Positions 12,401-25,281 of a stretch of 64,000 nucleotides of DNA are shown in pieces; the first letter of the stretch is position 1; every line of letters begins with the position of its first letter. This stretch comes from Macrostomum lignano. Lineage: Eukaryota. The position numbers and the translations under genes were made by a program. Location of the stretch: the NCBI GenBank assembly GCA_002269645.1, contig NIVC01001112.1, positions 1 to 64,000 of the forward strand, in the 5' to 3' direction. The notes below the pieces were generated by a model. The model was given only the letters and a program-made list of their open reading frames with translations, had not been told where the DNA came from and did not search any database.

Positions 12401-13529
12401 AAAATAATTGACCCTAATAAGACATTGAAGCGGGTGAAGCTGCATGATGCTGCAAAAGAGGAAATAATCACAGCACTAGACAACTTCTAGGCCACTAACT
12501 ACAGCTGGCGTTTGGTGAAGAGCTCCTTAAACCAGATGTTTTGCAATCTGAAATAGATTTTATAGACTGTATGCTTGTATGATCCTAGACTTTTCAAAAT
12601 GTCATCTTTTAGGTTCTTTATAGTTCTTTTGGTTGAAACACAGCCCCAGTTCTTACTAAATTTAAGTAATTTTTTATGGCTGCATAACTTTTTTATTCTT
12701 ATTTTTTGTTCTTTATAACTGTGTCATGACTTGCATTGTTTGCATATTATTTCTGTTTTTAAGTTCCACTAAGCGAAAATTACAATTCCTTATTTTGTGG
12801 CTATTAATTTTGCATCATTATGGTAAAAATAATGTTAGCTAAAATTCACATTTTCAGCTCACAATTTGTGATGTCTAAGGATGAGGTTTCTGATCTGAGC
12901 TTAGTGCTTGAGTCAATTGCCAAAGATTTATTTGAAGATGAATCTATTTCTGAGGCTTCAACACACAGTAGTACTGTTAAACAATGAAATTGCTCTAATT
13001 TATGTTTCTGCTTTAATTTGCCCATGTGTGACTTTATCTCTACCTTTTTGAACAAAAGTTATACAGTTGTCTCACCAGTGGACTTTTTTGCTGAGTACCA
13101 CTAGGTTTCCTTCTTGCAGATGTGACATGTTTTTCATTTCCCTAACATACATTGTCTGCTTTCATTTTTTTCTTTACTTTGATTTGCTTTATTTTTCCTA
13201 TTATCAATCAACTATACTAAAAGTGAAATTTCTGTGGGATTGATTTTAGCAATGCACCATTTGATTACAACTTCTCTTGAATTGGCACATAATTATTGCC
13301 AATCTAACTGGGGGATTATTGCAAACCAGAATTGGGGTTATTGCGACTGCGAGCCTGTAATGCAATATCAAATTATTGGCTGGTGCAATATCATTTCATT
13401 TTGAGATACTGGCATACTAATTAAGCAAGCTAGCTTTTTCTATGTAAAACATGATTGTAGGTTTTTTGCTCTCTATGCAATATGTTAGCCACTGCGAAAA
13501 TTTTACCATTTGCAGATAATAATAATGTC

Positions 13530-13823
13530 CATACATGCGCAACAGTCGGCCAAGTCGGCCGATCCGGCTGACCAATTTAACGGCCAACCAAGGAAGTCGC
13601 AAAAATGCCCACCCAAAAAATTCCTAAGTAGTACTAAGTAGCTAACGAGGCATTTTGGCTTAATAAGACAGTCATAGTTACTCCTGTCGTTTACCCAAAG
13701 TTGTGTTAAATTTGCTTTACGGTTTTTTCACATGTAAGTCGCATTTTTGGCCAAAAACTATGTCGCATTTTGTTAAAAACTAAGTCGCACGGCCGACCAA
13801 ATTTTGGAGGTTGCGCATGTATG
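13530..13823. mobile_element. hAT-type MITE (TIR catacatgcgcaac)
   Basis: Perfect 14-bp TIR; 8-bp TSD ataatgtc at 13522-13529 and 13824-13831. Confidence 0.9.
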
Positions 13824-14164
13824 ATAATGTCTAGTGCGTAGTACCATCTTAATAGTAGAAAATCGATTGCAATAACACGTACTTGCATTGTACTGCATAA
13901 TGTTTCCTATGTTACTTCTTTAATGTTAACTCAATGTCTGTGTTTTGAAATTAGGATTAATATAAATTCTCACTTAACTATTTACTATATGTACTGATGT
14001 TTAGAAATTTGGGCTTTATACTTGTAGTTCTGAAGTACATTATAGTTAAATTTTGGATTAAAAAAATTACATAAATTGTAAAAATTAAAATTTCTTACAG
14101 AAAGCAAATTATGAAAATTATAATTAAATTAGTCAAAATTGAAAAATTACATTTTATTGGACTA

Positions 14165-14327
14165 CATGCTTGGGCGCAACCTTGGGATTCACTCGGCCGT
14201 TTCTATTGGCAACACACACATGTAAGTCGCTATTGGACGGAATAGTAGTCACGTGACTGCTCTCAGCCAATAGCGACTTACATGCGTGTGTTGCCAATAG
14301 AAACATTCCCAAAGTTGCGCATGTATG
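14165..14327. mobile_element. MITE with the same TIR family but a palindromic interior
   Basis: Right end gttgcgcatgtatg, degenerate left end; 8-bp TSD ttggacta (14157-14164 / 14328-14335). Internal arms ttctattggcaacac..catgtaagtcgctattgg and ccaatagcgacttacatg..gtgttgccaatagaa. Confidence 0.85.
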
Positions 14328-14420
14328 TTGGACTATAATAAATTGTAAGAATTGCATAATTTTTACACAATTTTTCATCTAATTTTTTGCAATTTTGACA
14401 ATTTTTGTCTACTAGTATAG

Positions 14421-15104
14421 TAGAGCTGTCAAAATTAGAGATTTTATTCGAGACGAGATTAGAGACGAGAAAGGCTTATAAGTCGAGAATTTCGAGATGA
14501 GACAAGACAAAGTAAATCTAAAAAATATATTTCAGAATTGCATCTTGTCTTGCTCTTATCTTGCCTTATCTTGTCTTAAATTTCTTGATAAGATCCAATT
14601 CTAAAATATATTTTTTAGATTTTCCAGAATATTTTCTTAATTCTAGTTTAAATTCTTTGCTATTTATTCATAAGAATTTATGCTTGTAGCATATAGGCCC
14701 TTGGCCCTACTATGTCTATTACTAATTTGTCAAAAGACCTGTGTAGATTGTCTTCAAGTCTGCTATGATACACCTTGCTGTAGAACTGAAATGATAACTA
14801 AAAGAGTGCATATGCAATGCAAACTCGTATATAATGATGTTCATTAAATAACTGCTCGACATTGGCTAGATTTTACCATTTGAAAATTGCCCTATCAAGC
14901 ATGTTACAACAAACAGTTGTATTTATATGAAAATTTGCTCCCCTTTTTATATCTTATCACTTAAAAGCTTTTGAAAAAAGGTATTAGAAAAATTCTTGAA
15001 TCTTGTCTCAAATTTCTTGACAAAATTCGAGATTTCTTGAGATGAGAAAAAATGTCGAGATCTTGTCTTGAATCTTGTCTTGTCGAGATCTTGTGACAGC
15101 TCTA
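14421..15104. mobile_element. hAT-type MITE (TIR tagagctgtca)
   Basis: TIR tagagctgtca / tgacagctcta; 8-bp TSD tagtatag (14413-14420 / 15105-15112); subterminal gagac/aagac motif repeats in inverted orientation. Confidence 0.9.
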
Positions 15105-15615
15105 TAGTATAGTAGCATGCAGATTTGTTAAGTGCTATGATTTGCATTGTTCACTGGGCCTAATTATTTGTGTTTGGTATGCATAGCCTAAATAAAAAAA
15201 TTGTTCCAAAGACGAAGTAGTAATTATGTATGTTTGAACTAATAAAAGTCCATTTACTGCAGACCGCAAAAATTCTAGGACCCATATCCAATTTGTCTGC
15301 AAGAAAAAGTTGTTTTGTCTGCCAGTAGACAAAAAAGCAACAGATGAAATAATCTGCACACCTCAAAATTATTAAGGGTCTTGGAAGTAGAGGGAGTGAT
15401 TGACTGTCACTCTATCAAATAGTTGGCCAAAGTGTTGTATATAGGCCTATGATACCCATGCTAAAATGCATTTTACATGTAAAAACAAACTAGAATGAGA
15501 AACTATGAAAGAGATTGCCTATGGCTCATATAACAATACAATATTATTAAATAGGCCCTATATATAAAATATAATATATTGAACTATTAATATGTTTGCC
15601 TTAATAAACATAGCT

Positions 15616-15897
15616 CGTATATGCGCAACTGCTGGCCGAACTGGCCGATCCAGCCACCGTAAATTGTGGTAGACCAGGGGTAAGTCGCAAAAATGCCCAT
15701 CCCAAAGAATATAGATACAGATATAGTACTAATTAGATGACAAGGCATTTAGCCCTTATAAAACAGTTATAGTTACTTCTGATGTTTACCCAAAATTGTG
15801 TTAATTTTGCTTTAGGGTTTTTTTCACAGGTAAGTCACATTTTTGGTCAAAAAGTAAGTTGCATGGCCAGTGTAAATCAGGGGGTTGTGCATGTATG
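15616..15897. mobile_element. Diverged second copy of the 13530 MITE
   Basis: Colinear with 13530-13823 (gtcgcaaaaatgccc, gtttacccaaa, ggtcaaaaagtaag); the TSD has decayed. Confidence 0.75.
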
Positions 15898-15931
15898 TTA
15901 ATAAAGATGACTAGCAAACAAAAGGCTAGGA

Positions 15932-17175
15932 CCCTATTGGAATAAGTTTTCAGACACTGTGGACAGTGCATCTAGTGCGCCATGGCAATCATAAAGTGGC
16001 CTGGACGGTGCGTCATGACAATCTTCAAATCCTAAGGTGGTATGGACGATGTGTCATTCAAATCTTCAAATCCTAGGGTACCATAGCACTCTAGGTTTAG
16101 GTGATATTGTGCATGACTCCAGTCTCTATCATGTTCATTCTGATGATGCATCACTCGTTTTTGAGAGATTTAAAGAGATTGAAGAAAGTTGTGTGTTTTA
16201 CCGCACTTGTGTTTTACTGCACTCTGTTCTGTACTGTACTTCTGCCCCCTTCTGTTGTAGTTGTATCTATTTCTTAATTCTTAGTCTACTCGTCTTTTGA
16301 CTTACAAAGTTACATTGTTGGTCTATTCAAAGAAAAATAAATAATGTAAATAGTGTGGCAATTGCATCAGTGAGTACTTAAAATAATTACGAACACTGAA
16401 ACCCTTTACTTCAATTTGGCTAATCGGTTAATACAAAATGAAGAAACTCCGTGATGAACAACACAGAGTTCACGAACAAACAAAATTGTCTTTGCCTTAT
16501 CCACACACTTTTTCAGTAGTAGTTGTAGCACTTTGGCTCGGGTCGGGTTATCAAATCTGATAACTATTTAGCATGGTGTTTCGAAGAATATTTTCACATT
16601 TAAATGTCAGCATAAATAAATGTACGCGCAACCAATCAAAAAGATAATTAAACAAAGCAGAAAATTTGTTGAGACTTTTAATAGAATTTAGTTTACTTTT
16701 TTATTTCTTGCAACTGCGTTATAAGAGAACATTAAGAGCAATTAGCATTTGGCACTATGTTATAATGTTTATGAGGCAATAAAGAACATTTCTGCTGCGA
16801 TCTTTCAACTACAATTTCCAATTTTACGATTAACTTGCATGCATATTCTAGATGACACAGCAATCAATACATATGATAGGAGATATGCTATACTATAGCC
16901 CATAGCAATATTATCAAAGTTATAGAAATTAGAAAAACAAGTTTTACTTACAGTTTGCTGAATTTCCACCGTGCTGCTGACTTTCTCCTGTGCATGCTTC
17001 TTATCCTTGTTCAGCAGCGCTGTATGTAGCGCGTGATGTCCTCCTTGCATCTTACCTGTGAGCTGCTGTGCATCATGGCGCATGGCGCGCGTAGCGCGCC
17101 ATGCGCCATGACTGTGAGGAAAAAGAAAAAGTGCGCCGGACGCCGTCCGCGAAAATACCACTTATTCCAATAGGG
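15932..17175. mobile_element. 1.24-kb non-autonomous TIR element with CCC termini and an 8-bp TSD; superfamily unassigned
   Basis: Perfect 16-bp TIR ccctattggaataagt; TSD ggctagga (15924-15931 / 17176-17183); perfect 17-bp-stem hairpin at 17074-17110. Confidence 0.85.
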
Positions 17176-18769
17176 GGCTAGGAGAGTTATTAGGCCCTAA
17201 TTATTAATCATATATAAGTTCTTAGTTTATAGCCAACTAGAAATTTATATACAATTTTTTCAATTATTTTCATCCTCTCCTTTCCTATCTTTCTTTCTTC
17301 TCCTCTCTTTTCTTTTTTATTCTTTTTCTGTATTCCCTTGCCTTTCTTCTTCTATCTTTTCTACCTAGTAGTACAGCTAATAGCCTAGGCCTTATCTTCT
17401 TTATTTCCTTTGACCATCTCCTCTCCCCCTCCTCTGGCCCACAGTCATGCACATGCACAATGCAATGCAATGCAATGCACTAGCCTACCCACTACCCTTA
17501 GAGATTATTTATCTAGCCATTGAGGCAAAAAAGTTTGCTAACTCCTGATGTAACAGAATTATAAAATAGGTTTCTGAAACTAAAGAGTCCAGCTGTGCTA
17601 TTCTAATTTTTTTATTAGGCACAGGACAGTACCTACATCATACACAACACCTATAGCTATGCCTATATCATATATATTATAAGTTCTTAGTTTAGTTTAG
17701 GTACATAGGCCTAGCATAAGATAGATTGATAGAATACTAATTTTCTAAACGAAAAGCTTTATATGATAATTAAAATATCAAAAGATGAACACTGGGTCTC
17801 ATTTGAGTCATTTTTATCAAAATAAATAAATGACTATTTTTGTACTGAAAAATGAAACATCCTGTTTCCATACTGTATTTTTCGTTAAGACCAAGTTGCC
17901 TCCTAAAATTTTCCAAGAACGTATAGTACTAAGTAGTACTTGCCGTATTTGTATTGGTAATTAAAAGAATGTTTTCAAGGTTTTGATTTTAAATTTTGAC
18001 TTTGAACAAATACATTATAAAACATACTTTGCCAACGTGCTCAGTTTCACCACTTAAGACACTAAAGGCTTTATTAATCGGTTTGTTTTACCACATTGCC
18101 ACTTTAAGAATTGACCCTAAGTCCCCTGTGTATATTTTACCGCGGCAGCTTTTATAGTTTGGTTTGTCACACCAGTTGGCAGTTGACCAAATGCTTGCTC
18201 ATCGCTCGACAGCGCCAGATATTTTTTCTGCCGAATTATTTCCCAAATAGTTCCTGCCGAATAATTACTTCGTTGAACTTCTTAAGTCCTTGGCCGCATT
18301 TAAAAAGTATTGATGGTAAAAAATAGCTGGATCGGTACAGACAGGTGCACTAGCCTCTACACAGTGGCAGATCTAGAGTTTCATTTTGGGGGGGGGGGCG
18401 GTCCAAGTTTGGGGCGCCAACACGAGTATAAGGGGCGCCTGCAATTTAAGCTAGGGGGCGCAAAAAAGTGTGTAGGGGCAAGTCAAGTGTATTTAATTCA
18501 GTTAATTATTTCCTCCATGGTGTTCTATTATTTCCATCAGGGTTTCTATCATATCCACCATGATTTTCCTCATTCCATCATAAGTCCCATCATGGATCTA
18601 ATTATTTTCATCATTGATTGATAAAATTTAGGCGGAAAGCAAAATTGACTTTTATTAAATAATAGCTAGTGATCGAGTGGATATAAGCTTAAATAAAGGA
18701 CCAGCTGCCTCGATGTCCATTTTTAAACCACATCTCGTACAGGGCATTCATATGTATAGATCGAGACAG

Positions 18770-19172
18770 GGCCGCCCACCAAGAGACAGGGGTGCCTACC
18801 AAGAGACAGGGGTGCCTACCAAGAGACAGGGGTGCCTACCAAGAGACAGGGGTGCCTACCAAGAGACAGGGGTGCCCACCAAGAGACAGGGGTGCCTACC
18901 AAGAGACAGGGGTGCCCACCAAGAGACAGGGGTGCCTACCAAGAGACAGGGGTGCCTACCAACAAGAGACAGGGGTGCCTACCAAGAGACAGGGGTGCCT
19001 ACCAAGAGATAGGGGTGCCTACCAAGAGACAGGGGTTGCCTACCAAGAGACAGGGGCGTCCACCAAGAGTCGGGAGCACCCACCAAGAGACAGGGGCACC
19101 CACCAAGAGACAGGGGCACCCACCAAGAGACAGGGGCGCCAACGAAGAGACAGGGGCACCCCACGAAGAGAC
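18770..19172. repeat. 20-bp minisatellite ccaagagacaggggtgccta
   Basis: About 19 units, preceded by cagggccgccc (a hAT-like terminus). Confidence 0.95.
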
Positions 19173-21339
19173 AGGTAAGGAGTGTTGTGCGAAGTCGAGG
19201 TATTTAGACAGATTATTTCAGCAGGGGTAATCATGGCATTTAATTATAACAATAATTTATTGCGTACTTAAAGAGTTTACATTAATGCGTGTGAGTTGCG
19301 CATTGCTCTCTTTACCCCTTGCTGCTGTGCACTTGCATATGGTGAAAAATCCACCAAAGATGACAGCTTATCACGTTCAGTTGCAACAGTTTTATTTTTT
19401 GCATTAACCTAGCTGTGGTCAGCAGCGCTAGGAACTCTCAGAGGAAGGCTTTAAAAATATGTAAGAATTCATTTCCAACTTTGAACAAGCTTCTAAAGCC
19501 GACTAACTGACTTTTCTATTCCTTGTTGTTGACGACGTACATGTAGAGTCAGTAGGGGCGGATTTATAGCTGCAGGGGGGGGCTCCGGCCGCTGCGAGCC
19601 AGAATCCAGGCACGGTGCCCGGCGTGTCCGGGATCCCTCGTCCTCCCTGTAGATAAACAGATTACCCAACTCAACCTGCGCCAGATTTGGCCGAACTGTT
19701 CGGCCAAAAGGGGCGTCTCATGGCCTTGAATGAATATCAGGGCCGCACTGCTGCCTTCGTGATTTGGCCAGCACCCCCTGCTTTGATCCCATGCCAGTCG
19801 TGGGCAGCCAGCATGCAGTCGCACCAGAAGCTTTGGCGGCACCCGACACACTTCCGGCCGGAGACACACGAAGTCGTCCGCTCCTTTGTCGGATGTGATC
19901 GAGACGGCTTTCTCTCTCTGTTTTTCCACTTTACGCCCGCGGAACTCCTGGAAGCGGGAAATGTCCAGCCACTTCGGTATTATCCTGAATGACAGCAGGG
20001 TATTCGGAGGGAAGGACACTGAAAGTTCCGGTGTGCTGCAAATGTCTATTGAGCCGCGGTACCAAAATGAAAACCATTAATGAGATCCTCAAAACTACAT
20101 GTAACAGTCCCAACAGAGATATACCGTACCCCACGAAGGAAATATTGGATAATCTTTCAAAGTATTTTATTTTAACACACGGACAACTTTTTTCGTGTCT
20201 GCACGAGATTAACATTTAAATATTTTTTCATCGCCAGAAAAAGTCGTCATATACTACTTATGTACACAACACGGAGCGACATCTGAGCATGCTCGACAAA
20301 GCAGCAGAACGCATGTTGCAGACAGAGCGTGAGCGAGCGAAGAGGTTAAGTGCAACAAGTAATTAACCAGGAGAGGTACACAGATAAACTGACTTTGGAA
20401 ATAAACAGTATAGAAGGAATTATTTTAAACAGGTTCCACACAACTGACCAAACCAATAAAAACTTTTCACTACTATTTTAGTAGTATACGTCAGCAAAGT
20501 TGTAACTAAAATAATTTTACTGAATTTTTCAGAATTAAATGTTTCTATATGGTCTTATGGAGCAGTCCGGGATACAGACAAATGACAGTTTAACAATGGA
20601 GACTTCACGCTGACGTACAATTTACTCAGGTAAAATCAGTAAAATTTCAATCAAAAGGTGGCACTAGAGTTAAAAGTATACACTGCAAATTTTTAAAATT
20701 CCAACAAAGCTTTCAATAATATTTAGCCACATCAAAGGATTAGGCGAGAAAACAAAGTGCAAGAATCACAATAATTGATTGGTAATTTTAACTATTGTGA
20801 AATTGAGTGAAATGCCATTGGTGCATCTGATTTTTGCAGCCAAGCGACTTAGTAGTTGGTAAGTGCCGCATGAGCAAATTGAGTCAGTATGTACTTTTAT
20901 TTTAGAGAACAGAGTGCACGTGGCTTACTCGAGCAGCTAAAGCAGAAAGGACTGATCTGCACTCGAAAATCGTTCGAATTTATCTGCAAAAATGCTCCAT
21001 TGACGGTGTCGGGTGTCTTCACCTTTCCGATTGAGCTGCCCGTGTAATACCTATCCAAAAGAAATTTGCAACCAAGGCAACAAACAAACAATAAACAGAC
21101 AAAGTGGACAATAAAACGACTAGATAACTAACCTACTCGTACTCAAGACCGGAATTCAACAGTGTGAGATACGATCCAGGGATTGAACACTGGGCTGGAC
21201 GAAATATCGCGGAATTTTATTGTTTTGTTTTTATCGTCTCCGCTTTCGTAGAGCTAATTAAGATTGTTTTGTAGGCGCAGAATTATTTATGGCAGCTAAT
21301 CTGCCATTTTTTGCTTATACTAGGAGTTGGATTCCATCA

Positions 21340-24300
21340 TCAGTGAATAACGCGGCACTGCGGCATGTTCATGCTTAGGAAGCCTCGCACCTGGCAGGTG
21401 GCGGCAGGGCAATTAGTTACCTCCAGATTGTGCAGCTGCTGTAGGCGAATCAAATTGCACAGGCCGTCGCCTGTCATTCTGCTCACGCCTGTTGGAGCGG
21501 GGGGAGCAACGTTGTGCAGGTGTTACATAAGATTTTGCAGCCACCTCACTCCCTTGCCCCAACCACCCCAACTTGTGCAGCCACCTCAATCCTTGCCCCA
21601 ACCACCCCAACTTGTGCAGCTACCTCACTCCCTTGCCCCAACCACCCCAACTTGTGCAGCCACCTCAATCCTTGCCCCAACCACCCCAACTTGTGCAGCC
21701 ACCTCAATCCTTGCCCCAACCACCCCAACTTGTGCAGCTACCTCTCTCCCTTGCCCCAACCACCCCAACTTGTGCAGCTACCTCAATCCTTGCCCCAACC
21801 ACCCCAACTTGTGCAGCCACCTCACTCCCTTGCCCCAACCACTCCAACTTGTGCAGCTACCTCAATCCTTGCCCCAACCACCCCAACTTGTGCAACTACC
21901 TCACTCCCTTGCCCCAACCCAACTTGTGCAGCCACCTCAATCCTTGCCCCAACCACCCCAACTTGTGCAGCTACCTCACTCCCTTGCCCCAACCACCCCA
22001 ACTTGTGCAGCTACCTCACTCCCTTGCCCCAACCACCCCAACTTGTGCAGCCATCCCTGTTTCATGTGTAGTTAAACACAAGCTCACTGTAGATCTCTTG
22101 CTTAAACTCCCAGAAAACAGAATTTCACTCACCAGCAATAGATAGAAAGCTAAGCGTCCGAATGTTCAGAATATGTCGTAGGGAAGTGTCGCTGAGCGAG
22201 GAACACCAGCGCAGGCACAGTACGCGCAGCCTCGGCATTGTAGACAAGTATCCAACTCCGATATCTGATATGGTTGTGCACCTGTGGGCAGGATAGAAAT
22301 TTATACATTTTCGACTGTTGGCAATCATTTGAATTATTGTAGCAAGCGCGTTGTGCGCGGGCGGATCCCGGAGAGTCAGGGGCAATTTCGGCGACACGAA
22401 CTGTACCGAATTTCTGACACGCTGCTTCATTGGTACAGAAAGAATCAGGACGACGTGGCGTTGAAAAATCATAAACCAGAATTCGGCGCCAAAATCTATA
22501 GCCATAAATTAAAGCTAGGCGATTCTCCCAGCTTCCTTATCTCGATCAGGGGCAGACCTGCACCTCCGAAGCTTTCAGTAGCAGTCCTGTTTTGACGATG
22601 TCATGCGGGAACTTCGTGGGAGTTACAAATTTCGAACCAAACCCTGGGATTGTACCGTATGTTTATATGGAACTTTAAAATGCGGGTTTGCAGCAAACTC
22701 TATAGAGATTCTGCGAGTATATAATGCAGAGATAATCAAAACAATATTTTGATTTAAACTGTTTGCTTTGAATTTAACTTTTCATGTAAAATTTGTGTGA
22801 ACTGACCTTTACATGTAGTTTGGTGGAGTTGAGAGCCTTGAGATTATTTATTGATTTTCTCTCATCTATTTGGTCACCATGCATAGCCTATACCTCACCA
22901 TAATCTAAAGAAATTGCTATCAAACTGGAACAGCGCAATTGGATCTGGAAGAAAGACTGCAATGCGACGGCTTATTGGCGAATGAACTGATTTGACTGCT
23001 TAAAATGTCTATCCGGCATCGATTTGACGCGTGTTCTTCAAATCTTCACTTATGACAGAGGTCGGCAAACTCCGGCCCGTGTGGCCCTGCGGACCGCGAA
23101 GCCTCTCTATCCGGCCCTCGGGTCCTTTGAAGCTTCACAATAGCAATGCGGACAACTCAAGGTTTGTGTCTCTGCTCAGCTCTCTTCTGTCACCTCTCTC
23201 CTCTCCTCTCTTCTCCTCTCCTCTCTTCTCCTCTCCTCTCTTCTCCTCTCCTCTCTTCTCCTCTCCTCTCCTCTCCTCTACTCTCTCCTCTCCTCTCCTC
23301 TCCTCTCCTCTCTCTCCTCTCCTCTCCTCTCCTCTCCTCTCCTCTCCTCTCCTCTCCTCTCCTCTCCTCTCCTCTCCTCTCCTCTCTCCTCTCCTCTCCT
23401 CTCCTCTCCTCTCCTCTCCTCTCTCTCCTCTCCTCTCCTCTCCTCTCTCCTCTCCTCTCCTCTCCTCTCCTCTCCTCTCCTCTCCTCTCTCTCCTCTCCT
23501 CTCCTCTCCTCTCCTCTCCTCTCCTCTCCTCTCCTCTCCTCTCTTCTCCTCTCCTCTATTCTCTCTCTCTCTCCTCTCCTCTCCTCTCCTCTCCTCTCCT
23601 CTCCTCTCCTCTCCTCTCCTCTCCTCTCCTCTCCTCTCCTCCTCTCCTCCTCTCTCTCCTCTCCTCTCCTCTCCTCTCCTCTCCTCTCCTCTCCTCTCCT
23701 CTCCTCTCCTCTCCTCTCCTCTCCTCTCCTCTCCTCTCCTCTCCTCTCCTCTCCTCTTCCTCTCTCTCCTCTCCTCTCCTCTCCTCTCCTCTCTCCTCTT
23801 CTCTCTCTCCTCTCCTCTCTCCTCTCCCCCTCCTCTCATCTCTCATCTCCCTCTCATCATCTCCCTTCTCTTCTCTCTCGTCTCCTTTATTCCCTCTCCT
23901 CCTTTCTCCTATTTCTCTTCGTAATTTCCTCTTCTTTGTCCCTTCCTCAGGCCTGCAGTATTGCGCTAGGTTCTCTATCTGCCCCTTGAGATGAAAAGTT
24001 TGCGGACCCCTGATTTATGACCTACCTGTCGAGTTGCAGCCTCTCCAACAGGCCCAGATCGCAGGCAATGCACTCTAGCGACACGTCCGTAAGCTTCTGA
24101 CACCAGCTGAGATCCAGAGAGCGCAGCTGTTTCATGTGCTCAGTAATGCAGTCAACAGCATCGTCGGTGATCTTTGAGCAGCCGCTGAGTGACAGCTCCT
24201 GCAGGTGAGGCATGCTGCTAGCCAAATTAAGCACGCCCTGGTTAGTCAGCTCCCAGCAGCTGTTAAGCGTCAGCTTCGCAATAGCGGCTGCCTGCTTGCT

Positions 24301-25281
24301 GCTAAACAGAGTCATGGCATTGTCAGTCACATGGTAGCCCTGCAGCTCAAGGCAGGTCAGATTCGGCAACAGCTGAGTGATCGCTGCTACGCTTTCGTCC
24401 GACACGTTGATGCAATCGGTGACCGTGAGGTTGGTCAGCTTGGGCGACAGCGACGACCACAGGCCGACCTCAGACAGATCGTTGCAGCCGACCAAGCAGA
24501 GGGAGGTCAGATTAGAAAACGAATCAATCAGAGTCTCCAGTCCCTTGTCGGTGATGGTGCAATTGTGCAAAGACAGCTCGGCAACTCGCTTCTCAACACT
24601 GGCAATCTGAATTAGAAAGGTGCTCAAACAGTCGTCCGAGAAATTGACCAACTTCACAGAGTCGATGCAGCGCTGCGCGAGGCTGTCGCAGCATCGGCTG
24701 AGCAGCGGGACGTCCTCCTTCAACTGTCGGATCGGCAGGCAGAGGCGGAGCTCGCGCCAGAAAGGCAGGTCGTAGAGAACATCGCGCCATACTGAGCACA
24801 CTGAGCAAACACGGCTGGCCTCGTAGGGGCTTAGGTAGCGGGCGATGAGTCTAACGAACCAAGCGGCGTGGAGCAGCTCTCCGGCTGGTATTGGCGGCCC
24901 CTTGGTGGCCAGCTTGGCCCGCATGTAGTCCCGGTAGCGAGTCCGGCGTCGCCTTGGCGTCAAGTCGATCTTCAGGCCCTGATTGAACAGGCGCTGCTTG
25001 ATGGCGGCCACTGTTGCACCGCCGCCGCTGCTACCGCCTCCGCTGCTGCTGCTGCCATTGCCCGAGCGAGATATCAGAGGACTACCAGGAGTTCCTGACT
25101 GGCCATTCAGCTTGCCATCTGACGACTGATGAGTCTGTTGCTGTTGCTGCTGCTGCTGCTGCTGCTGCTGTTCAGTTGAATTGTTGGCGCTGGTGGCGCT
25201 TTTGCTGCTACCACTGATGCGCAGATTGCGGATGTTGTGCGAGAAGTCCACGCAGGCGCGTGCAAACGAGGCCATGTCCAT
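21340..25281 (-). CDS. FBXL16: F-box/LRR-repeat protein 16, ~517 aa (copy A, intact)
   Basis: Exons 24026-25281 (polyQ/Gly N-terminus, F-box YLSPYEASRVCSVCSVWRDVLY, LRRs), 22133-22281 (CTTISDIGVGYLSTM..LCLRWC), 21340-21488 (LEVTNCPAAT..MPQCRVIH*). Splice phases 2 and 1 match. Confidence 0.93.
21535..22052. repeat. 39-bp minisatellite in the last FBXL16 intron (duplicate at 32884-33388)
   Basis: Unit ccttgccccaaccaccccaacttgtgcagccacctcaat. Confidence 0.95.
23056..23125 (+). mobile_element. hAT-Charlie-like terminal fragment (duplicate at ~34387)
   Basis: cagaggtcggcaaactccggcccgtgtggccc resembles Charlie-family MITE ends; no second end found. Confidence 0.45.
23190..23900. repeat. (CCTCT)n polypyrimidine array in FBXL16 intron (duplicate at ~34515-35290)
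   Basis: Pentanucleotide microsatellite. Confidence 0.98.

Noticed and set aside
12846-13130. Zinc-finger / hAT transposase-like fragment (CHICKKE...SHMGK) on the minus strand
   Set aside because: Too short, with stops; motif spacing is not convincing without a profile search.
16130-16160. CTGATGA motifs as hammerhead ribozyme cores (here and near 25128, 59493)
   Set aside because: No compatible GAAA segment or three-stem pairing seen; two of the sites are within coding exons.
17056-17111. 56-nt minus-strand micro-exon formed by a perfect hairpin (acceptor- and donor-like flanks), or a Helitron 3' hairpin
   Set aside because: It lies in the subterminal region of a TIR/TSD-defined element, there is no host gene to splice to, and there is no CTRR end.
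18677-19234. CRISPR-like regular repeats here and at 21535-22052 and 43850-44470
   Set aside because: Units are head-to-tail with no unique spacers, there are no cas genes, and the context is eukaryotic.
23031-23994. ERRGE / SSPLL ORFs (also 34460-35356) and SIYL (62269-63298) and SVCL (44874-45175) ORFs
   Set aside because: Microsatellite translations with no coding signal.
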